A stretch of 35,987 nucleotides of DNA from a virus (IMGVR_UViG_3300035145_001458:1-35987); one strand, 5' to 3'; shown: positions 9,601 through 18,570, counted from the stretch's first letter. The notes: generated by a model not told the origin, from the letters alone. A program made the numbers and translations.

Positions 9601-12600
9601 TATCAGAGGTAACGGAGATAATGGTGGTTCTTTGGTTGATGATCAAGATCATCTACGCTATAGAATTGATATTCCACACCTCGGACATACTGGTGGATCT
9701 CACATATTAGTAAATGCCACTGACACTTCATTCGATAGTCTGAAGGATGTAACTATCTCTACATATCCTGGCGAGAGAGTAAACAACGCAGTTCTTGTTC
9801 TAGAACAACCTGTTTACTTGGACACGATGGTCTCCGCTTGGGGATTCACTGGTCTCAATTATGTTGTCAACAGGCCAGGCGATGTACGCAAGAATCTGTT
9901 CGATATTACTGGCGAATCTGTATTCAGAGCAACCAAGGCACACGAAGGATTCGGAACTCTATTCGGCCTTTCTGGCGCATCCGAGTCCAAGTCTTCTGAT
10001 GAGGTATTCACCACTCTCTTCAATATCACGGGTGCTTCTACAGAAGTCAGAACAAGAGGATATGAAGGAACTGGTTCTATCTTCTCCAATGGTATTCTGT
10101 CAGAGGCCGTCACCAAGACATTCCCTCTCACACCTGGATACACTGCTAACCTTACTCTCACTGCTACAGATCTCAACAACCAGACTCTCACCAATATTAC
10201 TCCTGCGGTAGAGTATGTAACAGGCGGAACTGGTACTGGAAGTAGTGGTGGATTTAACATTGGTCCATACTTCAAGTTTGGTGTCCTTGGTACTGGCGCT
10301 TCCTACGCTACAGATGGTAGAAGAGAAGTAGCGTTTACTCTTGATCTACGTCAAGTAGAAGAATTAACCTTTAATATTATCAAAGGTAATGGTACTAATG
10401 GTGGTGACACACCAGAGTGTTTCACAGATTCATCTGGAAATCCCACGGGCGGTGACAATTTAGGTTATTCTATTAACCTCACTGGTGAAGGTTATCTGGC
10501 CCATGCTTGCACTACATCACTTGAAAACTTAAGTGCTGTTACCGTTCCTGTACCTCCTGTACATAGAATAGCAAACGCCCGTGTTTCTGTTTATCAGATA
10601 CAGCACAGTGGAAGCACTCTGGATGCATGGGGATTCCAGTCACTTGAATATACTATTAACAGATCTGGTGATCAGCGTAAGAATCTGTTTGATGTCACTG
10701 GCAATACTACGTTCAGCAGAACTCGCCTACAAGAAGGATCTGGATCTCTGTTCAGTCTCTCTGGTGCATCAGAGTCTGCAACATTCAGAGAAGTATTTGC
10801 CAAACTTCGTCTCGATATCACAGGCGAAGCTGTTGTCATCTCTACACAATCATACGAGGGTACTGGTTTCATCAGCACTCTATCTGGTGCTGCAGAATCC
10901 TTCACCGCATCTCCAGACGATCTATTCTCCCTATTCGACCTTACTGGTTCTGTCTCCGACAGTACAACGAAAGGTTTTGTTGGATCTGGAACTCTATTCA
11001 GTTTCTCTGGAGCAACCGAGTCGGCAACATTCAGCGAAGCATTTACTACTCTTCTCGATTTTGCTGGCGAAGCTGTTATTGTTTCTGCAAGAGGATATGC
11101 GGGAACTGGCGTTATCTCCACACTATCTGGGGCTGCAGAAGCATTCACTGCATCACCAGACGATCTATTCTCTCTATTCGACTTCACTGGCGGTATCACC
11201 TCTGTCAAGTCTACTGTCAGAGAAATTGCGGAAGGTGCTCTCTTCGATATTACTGGAGAGACTGTTGTTCCTCTCCTAACATTCGCAGAAGAACTAGAAG
11301 TACAAGCAAGAATTTCTGGTGCTGGCAGCGAAGCATTCCTACCAAACTGGGTTGGTCGTGGTTCTATCTCGACTCTATCTGGTGCAGCAGAATCCTTCAC
11401 TGTCAATCCAAGAGAAAGAGAACTTCTATTCTCTATTACTGGATCGGCCGAAGAGGCATTCTCGTTTGGAAATTACGATGCAGATTCTGCAGCGAGAATC
11501 TTTGGTGCTATTCCAAAACCACCAACTCTCGTATTCGCAGAGTCTGGATTTGGAACCTTCACTGCATCTGGAGAAGGCGAATACGCACACGTCGATATTT
11601 ACGGTGGATTTGGTACAATCTTCGCCAAGGGTATTGGTGGAGAATCTGTTACCAGAAGAATCCCAGCGTTCCAAGCAGATCTTGCTCTATCTGGATTTGC
11701 TGGAAAGGCCGTTACCTTCAACCCACCAGATATTACAACGCATCTCCGTATTACTGGAGAAGGCATTGTACCAATCAGAACGTTCATCGAGTCCTTCACT
11801 GTCAGACTTACGACAGATGGCACGGCGAGAGAACGCTTTGTTCCCAATCATATTGGCGACGGTGCTATTGCTTCTCGCGGTATTGGTGGAGAGGCAATCT
11901 CCAGAAGACTACCTGCCTTCCAGGCAGACATGTTTATTTCTGGATTTGCTGGTCAGAAGACTGCAGTCAGCGAACAATTCTTCGGATCTCTATTCACATT
12001 CAGTGGATCTTCTGCTCCAGAACTCCTCGCGTTTGCAGAGCAACCTGAAGTACAGGTTGAAGTTAGTGGTGAGTCTAAAATCAGATTCTCCTTGCTCCAC
12101 ATTGGTGAAGGTAGAATCTCCACTCTATCTGGTGCAGCAGAGTCTGCTACATTCAACCCAACAGAAAGAGAAGTTCTGTTCTCCTTCGGTGGTGGTGTTA
12201 GTGATATCAAGATTGTCAAGGCAGAAACCAAGCAAATCGAAGTTTCTGTTACTGGCGAAGCAACAGATATCAGATTCATCCCCAACTGGATTGTCGAAGG
12301 TACGATCCCCGTTTCTGGTATTGCACACACAACCAGATCTGTTGTACACACAGGCGAAGGATTCATCAGCACTCTATCTGGTGCAGCAGAATCCTTTACT
12401 TACAACCCAACAGAAGATACTGCACTCTTCACATTCCTCGGAACTGCATCAATCAGGTCTGCTGTTTCGGAAGTCAAGACAGTCAGTGCTTCGATCTTCA
12501 ACGAGCCTGTCAAGGTTATCGTTATCAAATCCTTCATTGGATCTGGTGTTGTCCCAGTATCTGGTCAGAAGGACGAGAGAACTGCGAAAGTATACGAAGG

Positions 12601-13633
12601 TACTGGTGTTATCAGCACTCTGTCTGGTTCTGCCGAATCCTTTACCGTCAACCCAGACGATCTGTTCACCCTATTCAATGTTCTTGGTGTTGCAGATACA
12701 AGACCAATCAAGGTATTCACCAAGATTGGTTCTGGTGCTTTGTTCACAAGCTTCACTGCTGGCGAAGCGAGAGCAATCTCGGTTCCAGTCAACATTCCTT
12801 CTCAAGAATCCAAGGGCCTCTTCAAACTGGAAGGTTCTTCTCCAGAGTCGTTCACTATTCCATACGAAGGATTTGGATCTCTATTCTCCTTCGCAGGACT
12901 GGACGAAAGAAGAACCTTCGCATACGAGACCGAAGGAACAGTCACAGTTTCTGGTATTGCTTCTACTCCAAGAACCAGAGACTACGAAGGATCTGGATCT
13001 CTGTTCTCGTTTATCGAAGCAGAATCTGCTGTCAGATTTATTCCTTCCACCCGTACAGTTCTCTTCGATATTACTGGCGAGTCTGTATTCAGAACAACTC
13101 AAGCACACGAAGGAACAGGAAGTCTCTTCACAACCTTCACTGCTGGAGAATCCAGAACATTCAAGGTTCCACAACATCTGGTTCCAAACCTCACCTTCCT
13201 TGGTGCAGCAAGAATCAAGAATACTTATCGTTATCAAGGCGAGAACCATCTGGAGATCACAGGTTCTGCACAAGAATCCTTCACTCCAACAGTATACGAA
13301 GGAGATGTTCGTCTCAAGACATCTGGCGAATCTGCACAGAAATTCGTTGCAGCAGAGACGAGCCAGGGTGGAACAATCAAGGTTCGTGGTGCAGCAACAT
13401 TCCTCACCACCAATGCATTCCAGACATATACATTATTCGATATCGTTGGTGTTGCAGATGTCACGAAGTCTGCTGCATTCGCTGGATCTGGAACAATATT
13501 CACGTTCGTCAGCGCCGAAGAAATCGGACCAGATCGTAAGTTTGAAGCTGGCGGAACGATCACTCTACGTGGTGAATCCATAGATAAGAAGGTCAGTGTT
13601 GCTCCAGAACGCACTTACGGATGGATTATTTAA
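6641..13633 (+). CDS. Giant repetitive virion structural/fibre protein (2330 aa)
   Basis: Uninterrupted 7 kb ORF with many short repeats (G.G.ISTLSGAAE.FT.NP, GSGSLF), N-terminal D(Y/L)G.V..DxG.L modules and two inserted globular domains. Confidence 0.85.
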   Translation: MVFSYAGSGSISPVVGFDFGNISYSYTPSSILPFIYVDLGTLGAPTATIDHGSVTEPTTGQEDWGDMRYDQQTRFPFGVVRLASSTTFVVKKVFVGSGQLFELGEAFTRLQAPWIVEGTISLRGEANAAFLYRYDASGIQHVYGDAAPSFTTLYEGSGSLFSTSFTGEAKATVYPEQPDTRKTLFEIGSEALVLSSLRHIGSGSLFNIGSTQPLRTFGYSGSGTLFGFGNETRSLTYAYPGTDFFTYEDYGQVAAATTQPNEDFGSLFRDPGDDVYEIFDRGEILVNYTKYPHGLFKLRSETVAAKLVHITGTGDIFVVGDARTKGPQNHYGEGTFFIEGASKETFSLQEFGSGFISTLSGAAETFTASPEEEDKLLNFRGIASQSKSATPPIEGLDVKVQGAGLTRFIPRYNGRVHLDIDGGLVTEKVTLAHLGTGVLFDFIGAEERRVYSYNTSSIDFITHPDYGLVADAATTFEDYGDLDLRYTGETGWMSTPDIRVDYHGILDNYTNYPFGLLPLKGTGETPRLRAFTGSGTLEVRGEVFIFVPPVWDGQGVITIEGSAEEAFVSREQFQTLFEFKGALENVNIGRGYQGTGIISTLSGAAEAFTGNPQEREALFSLLGEAQTRFIPRYNGSVHLDIDGGLVTEKVTLAHQTTGSLFNFVGADERRVYSYNSTSIDFFVPVDLGYVAATPSTSAEPVAVYTETDFGTLDLVYTGEEGWFSTPDDRQDWQYILDHDTTYPFGLFERFSGTATVRFEYEYVGSGSFDRLTGGVELRFPNVHSSTGGLTIFGAATSEKVGIAESFNVLFEATGFADIVTAVSLEQDVRVEITGLAGVSFTGNTVQDATIFITGASSEVRTRGYQGSGSIFSNGILSEAVTKTFPLVPGYTANLNLTATNIYNRFGTSWTGPSHSGHPEYGSTGENTVAWYPNGGSGTCQFGGLACIDGFDVGPHFRIGSGFGSNGAPRELKILLDLTNVEEITLSIIRGNGDNGGSLVDDQDHLRYRIDIPHLGHTGGSHILVNATDTSFDSLKDVTISTYPGERVNNAVLVLEQPVYLDTMVSAWGFTGLNYVVNRPGDVRKNLFDITGESVFRATKAHEGFGTLFGLSGASESKSSDEVFTTLFNITGASTEVRTRGYEGTGSIFSNGILSEAVTKTFPLTPGYTANLTLTATDLNNQTLTNITPAVEYVTGGTGTGSSGGFNIGPYFKFGVLGTGASYATDGRREVAFTLDLRQVEELTFNIIKGNGTNGGDTPECFTDSSGNPTGGDNLGYSINLTGEGYLAHACTTSLENLSAVTVPVPPVHRIANARVSVYQIQHSGSTLDAWGFQSLEYTINRSGDQRKNLFDVTGNTTFSRTRLQEGSGSLFSLSGASESATFREVFAKLRLDITGEAVVISTQSYEGTGFISTLSGAAESFTASPDDLFSLFDLTGSVSDSTTKGFVGSGTLFSFSGATESATFSEAFTTLLDFAGEAVIVSARGYAGTGVISTLSGAAEAFTASPDDLFSLFDFTGGITSVKSTVREIAEGALFDITGETVVPLLTFAEELEVQARISGAGSEAFLPNWVGRGSISTLSGAAESFTVNPRERELLFSITGSAEEAFSFGNYDADSAARIFGAIPKPPTLVFAESGFGTFTASGEGEYAHVDIYGGFGTIFAKGIGGESVTRRIPAFQADLALSGFAGKAVTFNPPDITTHLRITGEGIVPIRTFIESFTVRLTTDGTARERFVPNHIGDGAIASRGIGGEAISRRLPAFQADMFISGFAGQKTAVSEQFFGSLFTFSGSSAPELLAFAEQPEVQVEVSGESKIRFSLLHIGEGRISTLSGAAESATFNPTEREVLFSFGGGVSDIKIVKAETKQIEVSVTGEATDIRFIPNWIVEGTIPVSGIAHTTRSVVHTGEGFISTLSGAAESFTYNPTEDTALFTFLGTASIRSAVSEVKTVSASIFNEPVKVIVIKSFIGSGVVPVSGQKDERTAKVYEGTGVISTLSGSAESFTVNPDDLFTLFNVLGVADTRPIKVFTKIGSGALFTSFTAGEARAISVPVNIPSQESKGLFKLEGSSPESFTIPYEGFGSLFSFAGLDERRTFAYETEGTVTVSGIASTPRTRDYEGSGSLFSFIEAESAVRFIPSTRTVLFDITGESVFRTTQAHEGTGSLFTTFTAGESRTFKVPQHLVPNLTFLGAARIKNTYRYQGENHLEITGSAQESFTPTVYEGDVRLKTSGESAQKFVAAETSQGGTIKVRGAATFLTTNAFQTYTLFDIVGVADVTKSAAFAGSGTIFTFVSAEEIGPDRKFEAGGTITLRGESIDKKVSVAPERTYGWII
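7856..8592 (+). repeat. Near-identical intragenic direct repeat, 7856-7929 vs 8519-8592 (74 nt, 3 mismatches)
   Basis: ACCAGATTCATTCCAAGATACAATGGA(AGA/TCT)GTACATCTGGATATCGATGGTGGCCTTGTTACAGAGAAGGTCAC occurs twice, offset 663 nt (221 codons). Confidence 0.9.
9194..10760 (+). repeat. Tandem ~277-codon duplicated unit with conserved flanks and divergent cores
   Basis: ITGAS.EVRTRGY.G.GSIFSNGILSEAVTKTFPL.PGYTANL.LTAT starts at 9194 and again at 10025 (offset 831 nt). Both units close with AWGF..L.Y..NR.GD.RKNLFD.TG. Confidence 0.85.
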
Positions 13634-13636
13634 TAG

Positions 13637-13644
13637 TATAAATA
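13637..13644 (+). promoter_or_regulatory. T4 late promoter TATAAATA
   Basis: Exact consensus in the intergenic gap before the ATG at 13673. Confidence 0.85.
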
Positions 13645-13672
13645 TTAGCAGTAACCATATACCTTTTACTGC

Positions 13673-14131
13673 ATGACCACCCAGGTACAATTTAGACGTG
13701 GTACTACTGCTGAACATGCCCACTTTGTTGGCGCACAAGGTGAATTAACTATTGATACTGATAAGAACATGGCCGTCATCCATGATGGCGTGACCAATGG
13801 TGGTTTTGATGTGTTCAGAGCAAGATGGGAAAGAATTAATTCTGACACTCTTCTCGGAACAAACCTACGTTATCTGGTAGATACTACTAATAATGCAATC
13901 ACACTGACTCTCCCTTACTATAATAATGGCCTGGTTCCTAAACCAGGAGATGTTATTGAGTTTGTTGATTCTGCATTTACGTGGCATATAAATAATGTTA
14001 CGATAACAGATCCCACTGGGAGACAGTTTCAGAATGAAGAAAATTTGATTGATTCTCCATTGGTTTTTGATGTAAGAGGTGCAAAAGTTCAACTGATCTG
14101 GGAAGGAGTTTACTGGAGAGTAGTCGTATGA
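13673..14131 (+). CDS. Tail fibre-associated protein with Mtd-N-like N-terminus (152 aa)
   Basis: QVQFRRGTTAEH..F.GA.GELTIDTDK...VIHDGVT.GG is the major-tropism-determinant N-terminal-like motif. C-terminal YLVDTT..AITLTLP...GDVIEFVD fibre module. Confidence 0.75.
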   Translation: MTTQVQFRRGTTAEHAHFVGAQGELTIDTDKNMAVIHDGVTNGGFDVFRARWERINSDTLLGTNLRYLVDTTNNAITLTLPYYNNGLVPKPGDVIEFVDSAFTWHINNVTITDPTGRQFQNEENLIDSPLVFDVRGAKVQLIWEGVYWRVVV

Positions 14132-14517
14132 CAATGTTCTTAAGCGATTTTTATCGCGCTTCGGATACAGTTACAACTGGTAACGGATCAGATGATCTCG
14201 GTAATGACTTCTTTATCCATGCACTAGATAGAGATGAAAAGGGTATGCTCACGTATACCAAAATTAGATCTATCGATCCAACTGAAATCGCTGATTTCAC
14301 GCGAAAAGATGGTACACCATACCTGGATATCGCAACTGGTCTCTACGATTATGTAGAGGAAACTACTGAAGAAAAGTCTTTATACAATAGTTCTCAAGAT
14401 CGATACCAACAGTTCAGGTTCGACGCTAGGAAACTATCTTATTTCATTGATGACGAAGGATTTTTTGTCCTACGTTTCAATGAAGATTATGATTATACCA
14501 CCCAAGGCCCCAAGTAA
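14128..14517 (+). CDS. Conserved phage hypothetical protein (129 aa)
   Basis: ATGA overlap with the upstream gene; codon usage consistent with neighbours; function not recognised. Confidence 0.75.
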   Translation: MTMFLSDFYRASDTVTTGNGSDDLGNDFFIHALDRDEKGMLTYTKIRSIDPTEIADFTRKDGTPYLDIATGLYDYVEETTEEKSLYNSSQDRYQQFRFDARKLSYFIDDEGFFVLRFNEDYDYTTQGPK

Positions 14518-14532
14518 GGAAAGTAAACAACA

Positions 14533-17500
14533 ATGGCTGATTTCAGATTAGGTAGACTAAAGTTTAATTGGACTGGTGACTGGACAGTTGCCACCGATTA
14601 CGTCATTGACGATATCGTCAAGTTTGGCGCGAATACTTATGTTGCCAAGGCAAACCACACCTCGTCTGCTAACGAGACTATGTGGTATTCCCAAGACGCA
14701 CAGTATTGGGATCTACATACCGAAAGCATCGAGAACAAAGGTGACTGGGCCACTGCAACATTCTATAAACTAAACGATGTTGTCAAGTATGGCAATAGCG
14801 TATACAGAGTAACTGTAGCGCATACTTCTGGCAACGAATTTGTCGATGACGAGACCAAGTTTGAACTGTTTGTTGCTGGTCTAGTATTTGAAGATACTTA
14901 CGACGGTGCTACTACATACCAACCAGGAGACGTTGTATCCTACGGTGGTTACACCTACGTTGCAACTTCTATCCATTCAGGATCTGCGCCCAACGAACTA
15001 GTTAACTGGGAGATTCTGACCACTGGATTTAAAGTAAAAGGCACTTGGGACGTTGCAACAACTTACGTTCAAGGTGATGTTGTACTTCTTGGTGGTAATT
15101 CTTACGTATCGAAGACCACTAATGTTGGCGCAAACCCAGGATCTAGTGCTTCTGATTGGGACTTCATTGTTGGTGGATTTACTTGGCAGGGCATTTGGGA
15201 CCCCGCAACTACTTACTTTGCTGGTGATGCTGTTGTACGTAACAGTAACTCTTACATTGCAGTTGCAGAATCTACTGGCGAAGAACCAGAAACTGATGCT
15301 ACTGGAACATACTGGAACACCTTGGCAGAAGGTGCCCAGGCTAACGTTCTAACTCAAACTGGCGATATCCTATATCGTGCTGGTGCGGGTGCTGCAAGAC
15401 TACCTATCGGAAACAATGGTCAGGTTCTTGCCGTCTCTCCATCTGGCGTTCCCCAGTGGGAAAACAACAACGTAACTGATCCTGTCTACTACGTTACTGA
15501 AGAAGGTAGTGACACAAACTCTGGTGAAAACATTTCCAGATCGTTTGCTTCACTCAACTACGCAGTATCTCAAGTTACAGGCCCTGCTACTATCTACGTT
15601 AAGGCAGGTACTTACTTCGAGACTCTACCTATTATTGTTCCTGATTATGTCTCCATCGTTGGTGACAACATGAGAACATCAACTATTAAACCTGATACAG
15701 GTAATAATAGTAACGTTCTAGAACTAACCCTAGCAGGAACTGTTGGTGACGAGTATAAAGTTGATGGTTTGGTAATCAGCAACGGCGCTGGAACCAAGAC
15801 TGCTTATGCTCTTCATAGCAAACTAGTTAGTGGTAACGATGTTATCCAGATTCTACCACTCACTGGTGGTGATTGGGATACTGGAGATACTTTTGAAGCA
15901 GGAGCATCTGATGCTCCAATTACTGCAGTAGATAATGTTGTTAACGAACATGCCACCATGTTCTACATGTCCAACAAGTCCATGCTGAAGGACCTTGTTA
16001 TGGACGGCATGGAAGGTTTTGTTCCCTCCGTAACAGATCCAAAGGATCTAAACACTGCAACAATCAGGGGTGTATTCCTCCGCTTGTGGCCTAACTCCCC
16101 AACAACCAAGTCACCATATATCTCACAGTGTTCTGCATTCTCACAGACTGGTGTAGGTGCTATTGTTGATGGTGCAGTTCACGCCAAGTGGGAAGGAACT
16201 CCAACTCCATCGAACAAGTCGATGCTGTTTGACTCCTTTACCCAGATTCACGAAAGCAATGGTGTTGGTTTCTGGTTGACGAACAACGGAAACTCCGAGA
16301 TTGTATCTTGCTTCACCTACTACGCTCACATTTCTTACTGTGCTACTAACGGTGGTAACATCAGATCTCTGGCAGGTAACTCTTCCTGGGGTAACTACGG
16401 TATTGTATCCTCTGGTTTCAACGCAGATGAAGTTACTCTCGATGGCAGAATTGATGGTGAGGAACTGAACTATCAGGCAGAGACTCTATCTGATGTCTTC
16501 ATTGTCGGTGAAAGAATCGAAGGTTTCACCTCTGGTGCAATCGCAGAAGTTCTTTCCCTACAGGTTGGTGTTGCGAAGATTCTAATCAGACCTCTGAAAG
16601 GAACTTTCATCGCTAACGAAACCATCACTGGTCAAGACTCTGCTTCTACTGCAGTTCTAGATACAGCAGCAACTTATCAAGGTGGTCAGAGAGGATTCAC
16701 TCTTATTGTTAGAGACCTCGCAGCAGCACCGAAGCCTGGTGGTTCGATTGAATTCGTTACTGGCCCTGGTGGAGCAGGTGCTGACATCTTCACTTATGTT
16801 ATCTCTAACTCTTCCTATAAAGTTCCCGATGGTAAGGGAGATTTGACTGTTACTAGAGGTTCTCTAGGAACTAGTGCTGTCACTCACGATGGTCTATCTG
16901 ATATTGTTAGATATACTGTATCGGGACAAACAACTCTAACCGCTGCTCCAAACGCAACTATTGGTGAATTCCAAGTTACCAGCATTTCTGGTATGGCGAA
17001 TGGTGGTTATCTGATTGTTGATAACGAGATGGTAGAGATTACAGGATTCCCTGGACCAACTACCGTTGCTGTAACTAGAGGTGTACAAACTACAACCGCA
17101 GCACCACATAACGCAGGTGCAGTTACAACTATCATCACTGCTTACAACCCAGCACAAACCGAGAACATCGGTGACCTTGATAACTCACAAACTTCTATCC
17201 GTGTATTCGCTGAAGACAACATTACTAGCGGCGACTACATTAGAATTGATAACGAGTTCATGCTTGTTTCCGATTCTGTAGAAGATCCTAACGGACAGGT
17301 AACTCTGGTTCTTGCTGAAGAGAAGCCTAATGCTTCTTACAATGGCCAGTTGTTCAGAATCAGATATCTGTATTCACAGGTAAGACTAACAGGTCACGAC
17401 TTCCTGAACATCGGTACAGGAACCAAGACACAGACTAACTTCCCAGGTCTACCTATTCAGTCACCTGCTCCAGGTAATGAGGTAACCGAGAACTTCCCTG

Positions 17501-17805
17501 GTCGTGTTTACTACGTTTCTACTGACCAAGATGGTAACTTCTCGGTTGGTAAATACTTCCGAGTTAACCAGTCAACTGGTAGCACAACTCTGAACGCTTC
17601 GTCCTTCGACCTGTCTGGTCTGACCTCACTACAACTGGGTTCGATCGGTGGTCAAATCGGTGAATCTATTACTGAATTCTCTTCTGATGGAACCCTGTCT
17701 TCCGACAGTAATCAGAAGGTCCCAACTGAATCGGCAGTTAAGACTTACGTCGATACTGAACTAACCAACCTCAAGGGTTATATCTTCTGGGCAGGCGGCA
17801 TCTGA
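14533..17805 (+). CDS. Tail fibre/spike protein (1090 aa) with five N-terminal carbohydrate-binding-like repeats and a beta-helix-like region
   Basis: MADFRLGRLKFNW start. Five (W/Y)...T.Y...D.V..G..Y repeats resembling CBM5/12. YYVTEEGSDTNSG...TIYVKAGTYFETLPI pectin-lyase-like cap. C-terminal FSSDGTL..DSNQKVPTESAVKTYVD. Confidence 0.8.
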   Translation: MADFRLGRLKFNWTGDWTVATDYVIDDIVKFGANTYVAKANHTSSANETMWYSQDAQYWDLHTESIENKGDWATATFYKLNDVVKYGNSVYRVTVAHTSGNEFVDDETKFELFVAGLVFEDTYDGATTYQPGDVVSYGGYTYVATSIHSGSAPNELVNWEILTTGFKVKGTWDVATTYVQGDVVLLGGNSYVSKTTNVGANPGSSASDWDFIVGGFTWQGIWDPATTYFAGDAVVRNSNSYIAVAESTGEEPETDATGTYWNTLAEGAQANVLTQTGDILYRAGAGAARLPIGNNGQVLAVSPSGVPQWENNNVTDPVYYVTEEGSDTNSGENISRSFASLNYAVSQVTGPATIYVKAGTYFETLPIIVPDYVSIVGDNMRTSTIKPDTGNNSNVLELTLAGTVGDEYKVDGLVISNGAGTKTAYALHSKLVSGNDVIQILPLTGGDWDTGDTFEAGASDAPITAVDNVVNEHATMFYMSNKSMLKDLVMDGMEGFVPSVTDPKDLNTATIRGVFLRLWPNSPTTKSPYISQCSAFSQTGVGAIVDGAVHAKWEGTPTPSNKSMLFDSFTQIHESNGVGFWLTNNGNSEIVSCFTYYAHISYCATNGGNIRSLAGNSSWGNYGIVSSGFNADEVTLDGRIDGEELNYQAETLSDVFIVGERIEGFTSGAIAEVLSLQVGVAKILIRPLKGTFIANETITGQDSASTAVLDTAATYQGGQRGFTLIVRDLAAAPKPGGSIEFVTGPGGAGADIFTYVISNSSYKVPDGKGDLTVTRGSLGTSAVTHDGLSDIVRYTVSGQTTLTAAPNATIGEFQVTSISGMANGGYLIVDNEMVEITGFPGPTTVAVTRGVQTTTAAPHNAGAVTTIITAYNPAQTENIGDLDNSQTSIRVFAEDNITSGDYIRIDNEFMLVSDSVEDPNGQVTLVLAEEKPNASYNGQLFRIRYLYSQVRLTGHDFLNIGTGTKTQTNFPGLPIQSPAPGNEVTENFPGRVYYVSTDQDGNFSVGKYFRVNQSTGSTTLNASSFDLSGLTSLQLGSIGGQIGESITEFSSDGTLSSDSNQKVPTESAVKTYVDTELTNLKGYIFWAGGI

Positions 17806-17815
17806 TCGCTGTCCT

Positions 17816-17838
17816 GGGGTGGCTTATGCCACCCCTTT
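17816..17838 (+). terminator. Rho-independent terminator-like hairpin
   Basis: Perfect 8-bp stem GGGGTGGC-TTAT-GCCACCCC followed by TTTGT, directly after the 1090-aa gene. Confidence 0.8.
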
Positions 17839-17839
17839 G

Positions 17840-17847
17840 TATAAATA
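17840..17847 (+). promoter_or_regulatory. T4 late promoter TATAAATA
   Basis: Exact consensus immediately after the hairpin; AAGGAG SD precedes the ATG at 17891. Confidence 0.85.
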
Positions 17848-17890
17848 AATAAAGAATAAATCGTCTAGATCTTAAAAAGGAGAACGTTAC

Positions 17891-18211
17891 ATGGCTTCTG
17901 GAGTCCTAGGGCAACAAGCTCTGAATGCTACTACTAACACTACGGTATATACTACGCCCGCAGACACAGTAGCATACGCAAATATCAACGTTGTTAACAT
18001 CAACGCAACCCCCGTTTTCGTAAGAGTTGCTCTTGCTGTTGGCGCAACACCTCTCGCAGCAGAGTATATTGAATACGAAGCAGAAATTGCTGGGTATGGT
18101 GTTCTGGAAAGAACAGGTGTTGTTCTTAACGCAGCAAAAAGAGTTGTAGCATACTCTAGCGCGGCAAACGTTGCTGTTGCTGTGTATGGTGTTGAAGAAT
18201 CAACTGTTTGA
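17891..18211 (+). CDS. Small virion structural protein (106 aa)
   Basis: Strong SD. Beta-strand pattern SGVLG...TTVYT.P...NINVVN...VRVAL...YIEY...LERTGVVL; paralogous to two domains in 27763..28932. Confidence 0.8.
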   Translation: MASGVLGQQALNATTNTTVYTTPADTVAYANINVVNINATPVFVRVALAVGATPLAAEYIEYEAEIAGYGVLERTGVVLNAAKRVVAYSSAANVAVAVYGVEESTV

Positions 18212-18217
18212 TAAATA
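18210..18217 (+). promoter_or_regulatory. T4-type late promoter (GATAAATA)
   Basis: Overlaps the stop of the 106-aa gene; AAGGAG SD and ATG at 18244 follow. Confidence 0.65.
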
Positions 18218-18243
18218 ACAAATATAAAGGAGCATAAAAACCA

Positions 18244-18570
18244 ATGGGACGTTCAATTTCAGCACCTGTGGAGTCGAGAGCTACTGTAGGTGTTACTTCC
18301 AACCATCAAGCATCTTCAGGAGAAATCCTATTGCTTGATACAACAGGTGGATCTGTTATCACTGTTACCCTTCCTGCAAACCCAAGAGTAGGTGACAGAC
18401 TAAACTTCATCGACGCTGCTGGTAATGTTGGTGCAGTAAGAGTTACTGTTGCAAGAAACGGTCATAAGATCGCTAACATCGAAGACGATCTTGATATCGA
18501 CATCAAGAACACATCACTCGAACTTTACTACACTGGAACCAGTTACGGTTGGTCGATTCTTTCTAACTGA
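18244..18570 (+). CDS. Small tail-fibre module protein (108 aa)
   Basis: LLDTTGGSVITVTLPANPRVGDRLNFIDAAG...LELYYTG..YGW, the same module as the C-terminal half of 13673..14131. Confidence 0.8.
   Translation: MGRSISAPVESRATVGVTSNHQASSGEILLLDTTGGSVITVTLPANPRVGDRLNFIDAAGNVGAVRVTVARNGHKIANIEDDLDIDIKNTSLELYYTGTSYGWSILSN

Noticed and set aside
10672-11406. 244-aa minus-strand ORF and similar antisense ORFs (for example 24344..24994, 11953..12372)
   Set aside because: They lie wholly opposite well-supported genes, lack recognisable motifs and mirror the sense-strand codon bias.
6641-13633. CRISPR-like array suggested by the recurring ACTCTATCTGGTGC sequence
   Set aside because: Copies are irregularly spaced hundreds of bases apart and all in frame within a protein repeat.
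13987-13994. Intragenic TATAAATA, and similar matches near 4958, 28839 and 35631
   Set aside because: They fall inside coding sequence where Ile-Asn/Asn-Lys codons produce the motif by chance; not supportable as promoters without TSS data.
13673-14131. Diversity-generating retroelement suggested by the Mtd-like N-terminus
   Set aside because: No reverse transcriptase in the window and no repeat pair differing only at adenines; the motif is a generic fibre-attachment domain.
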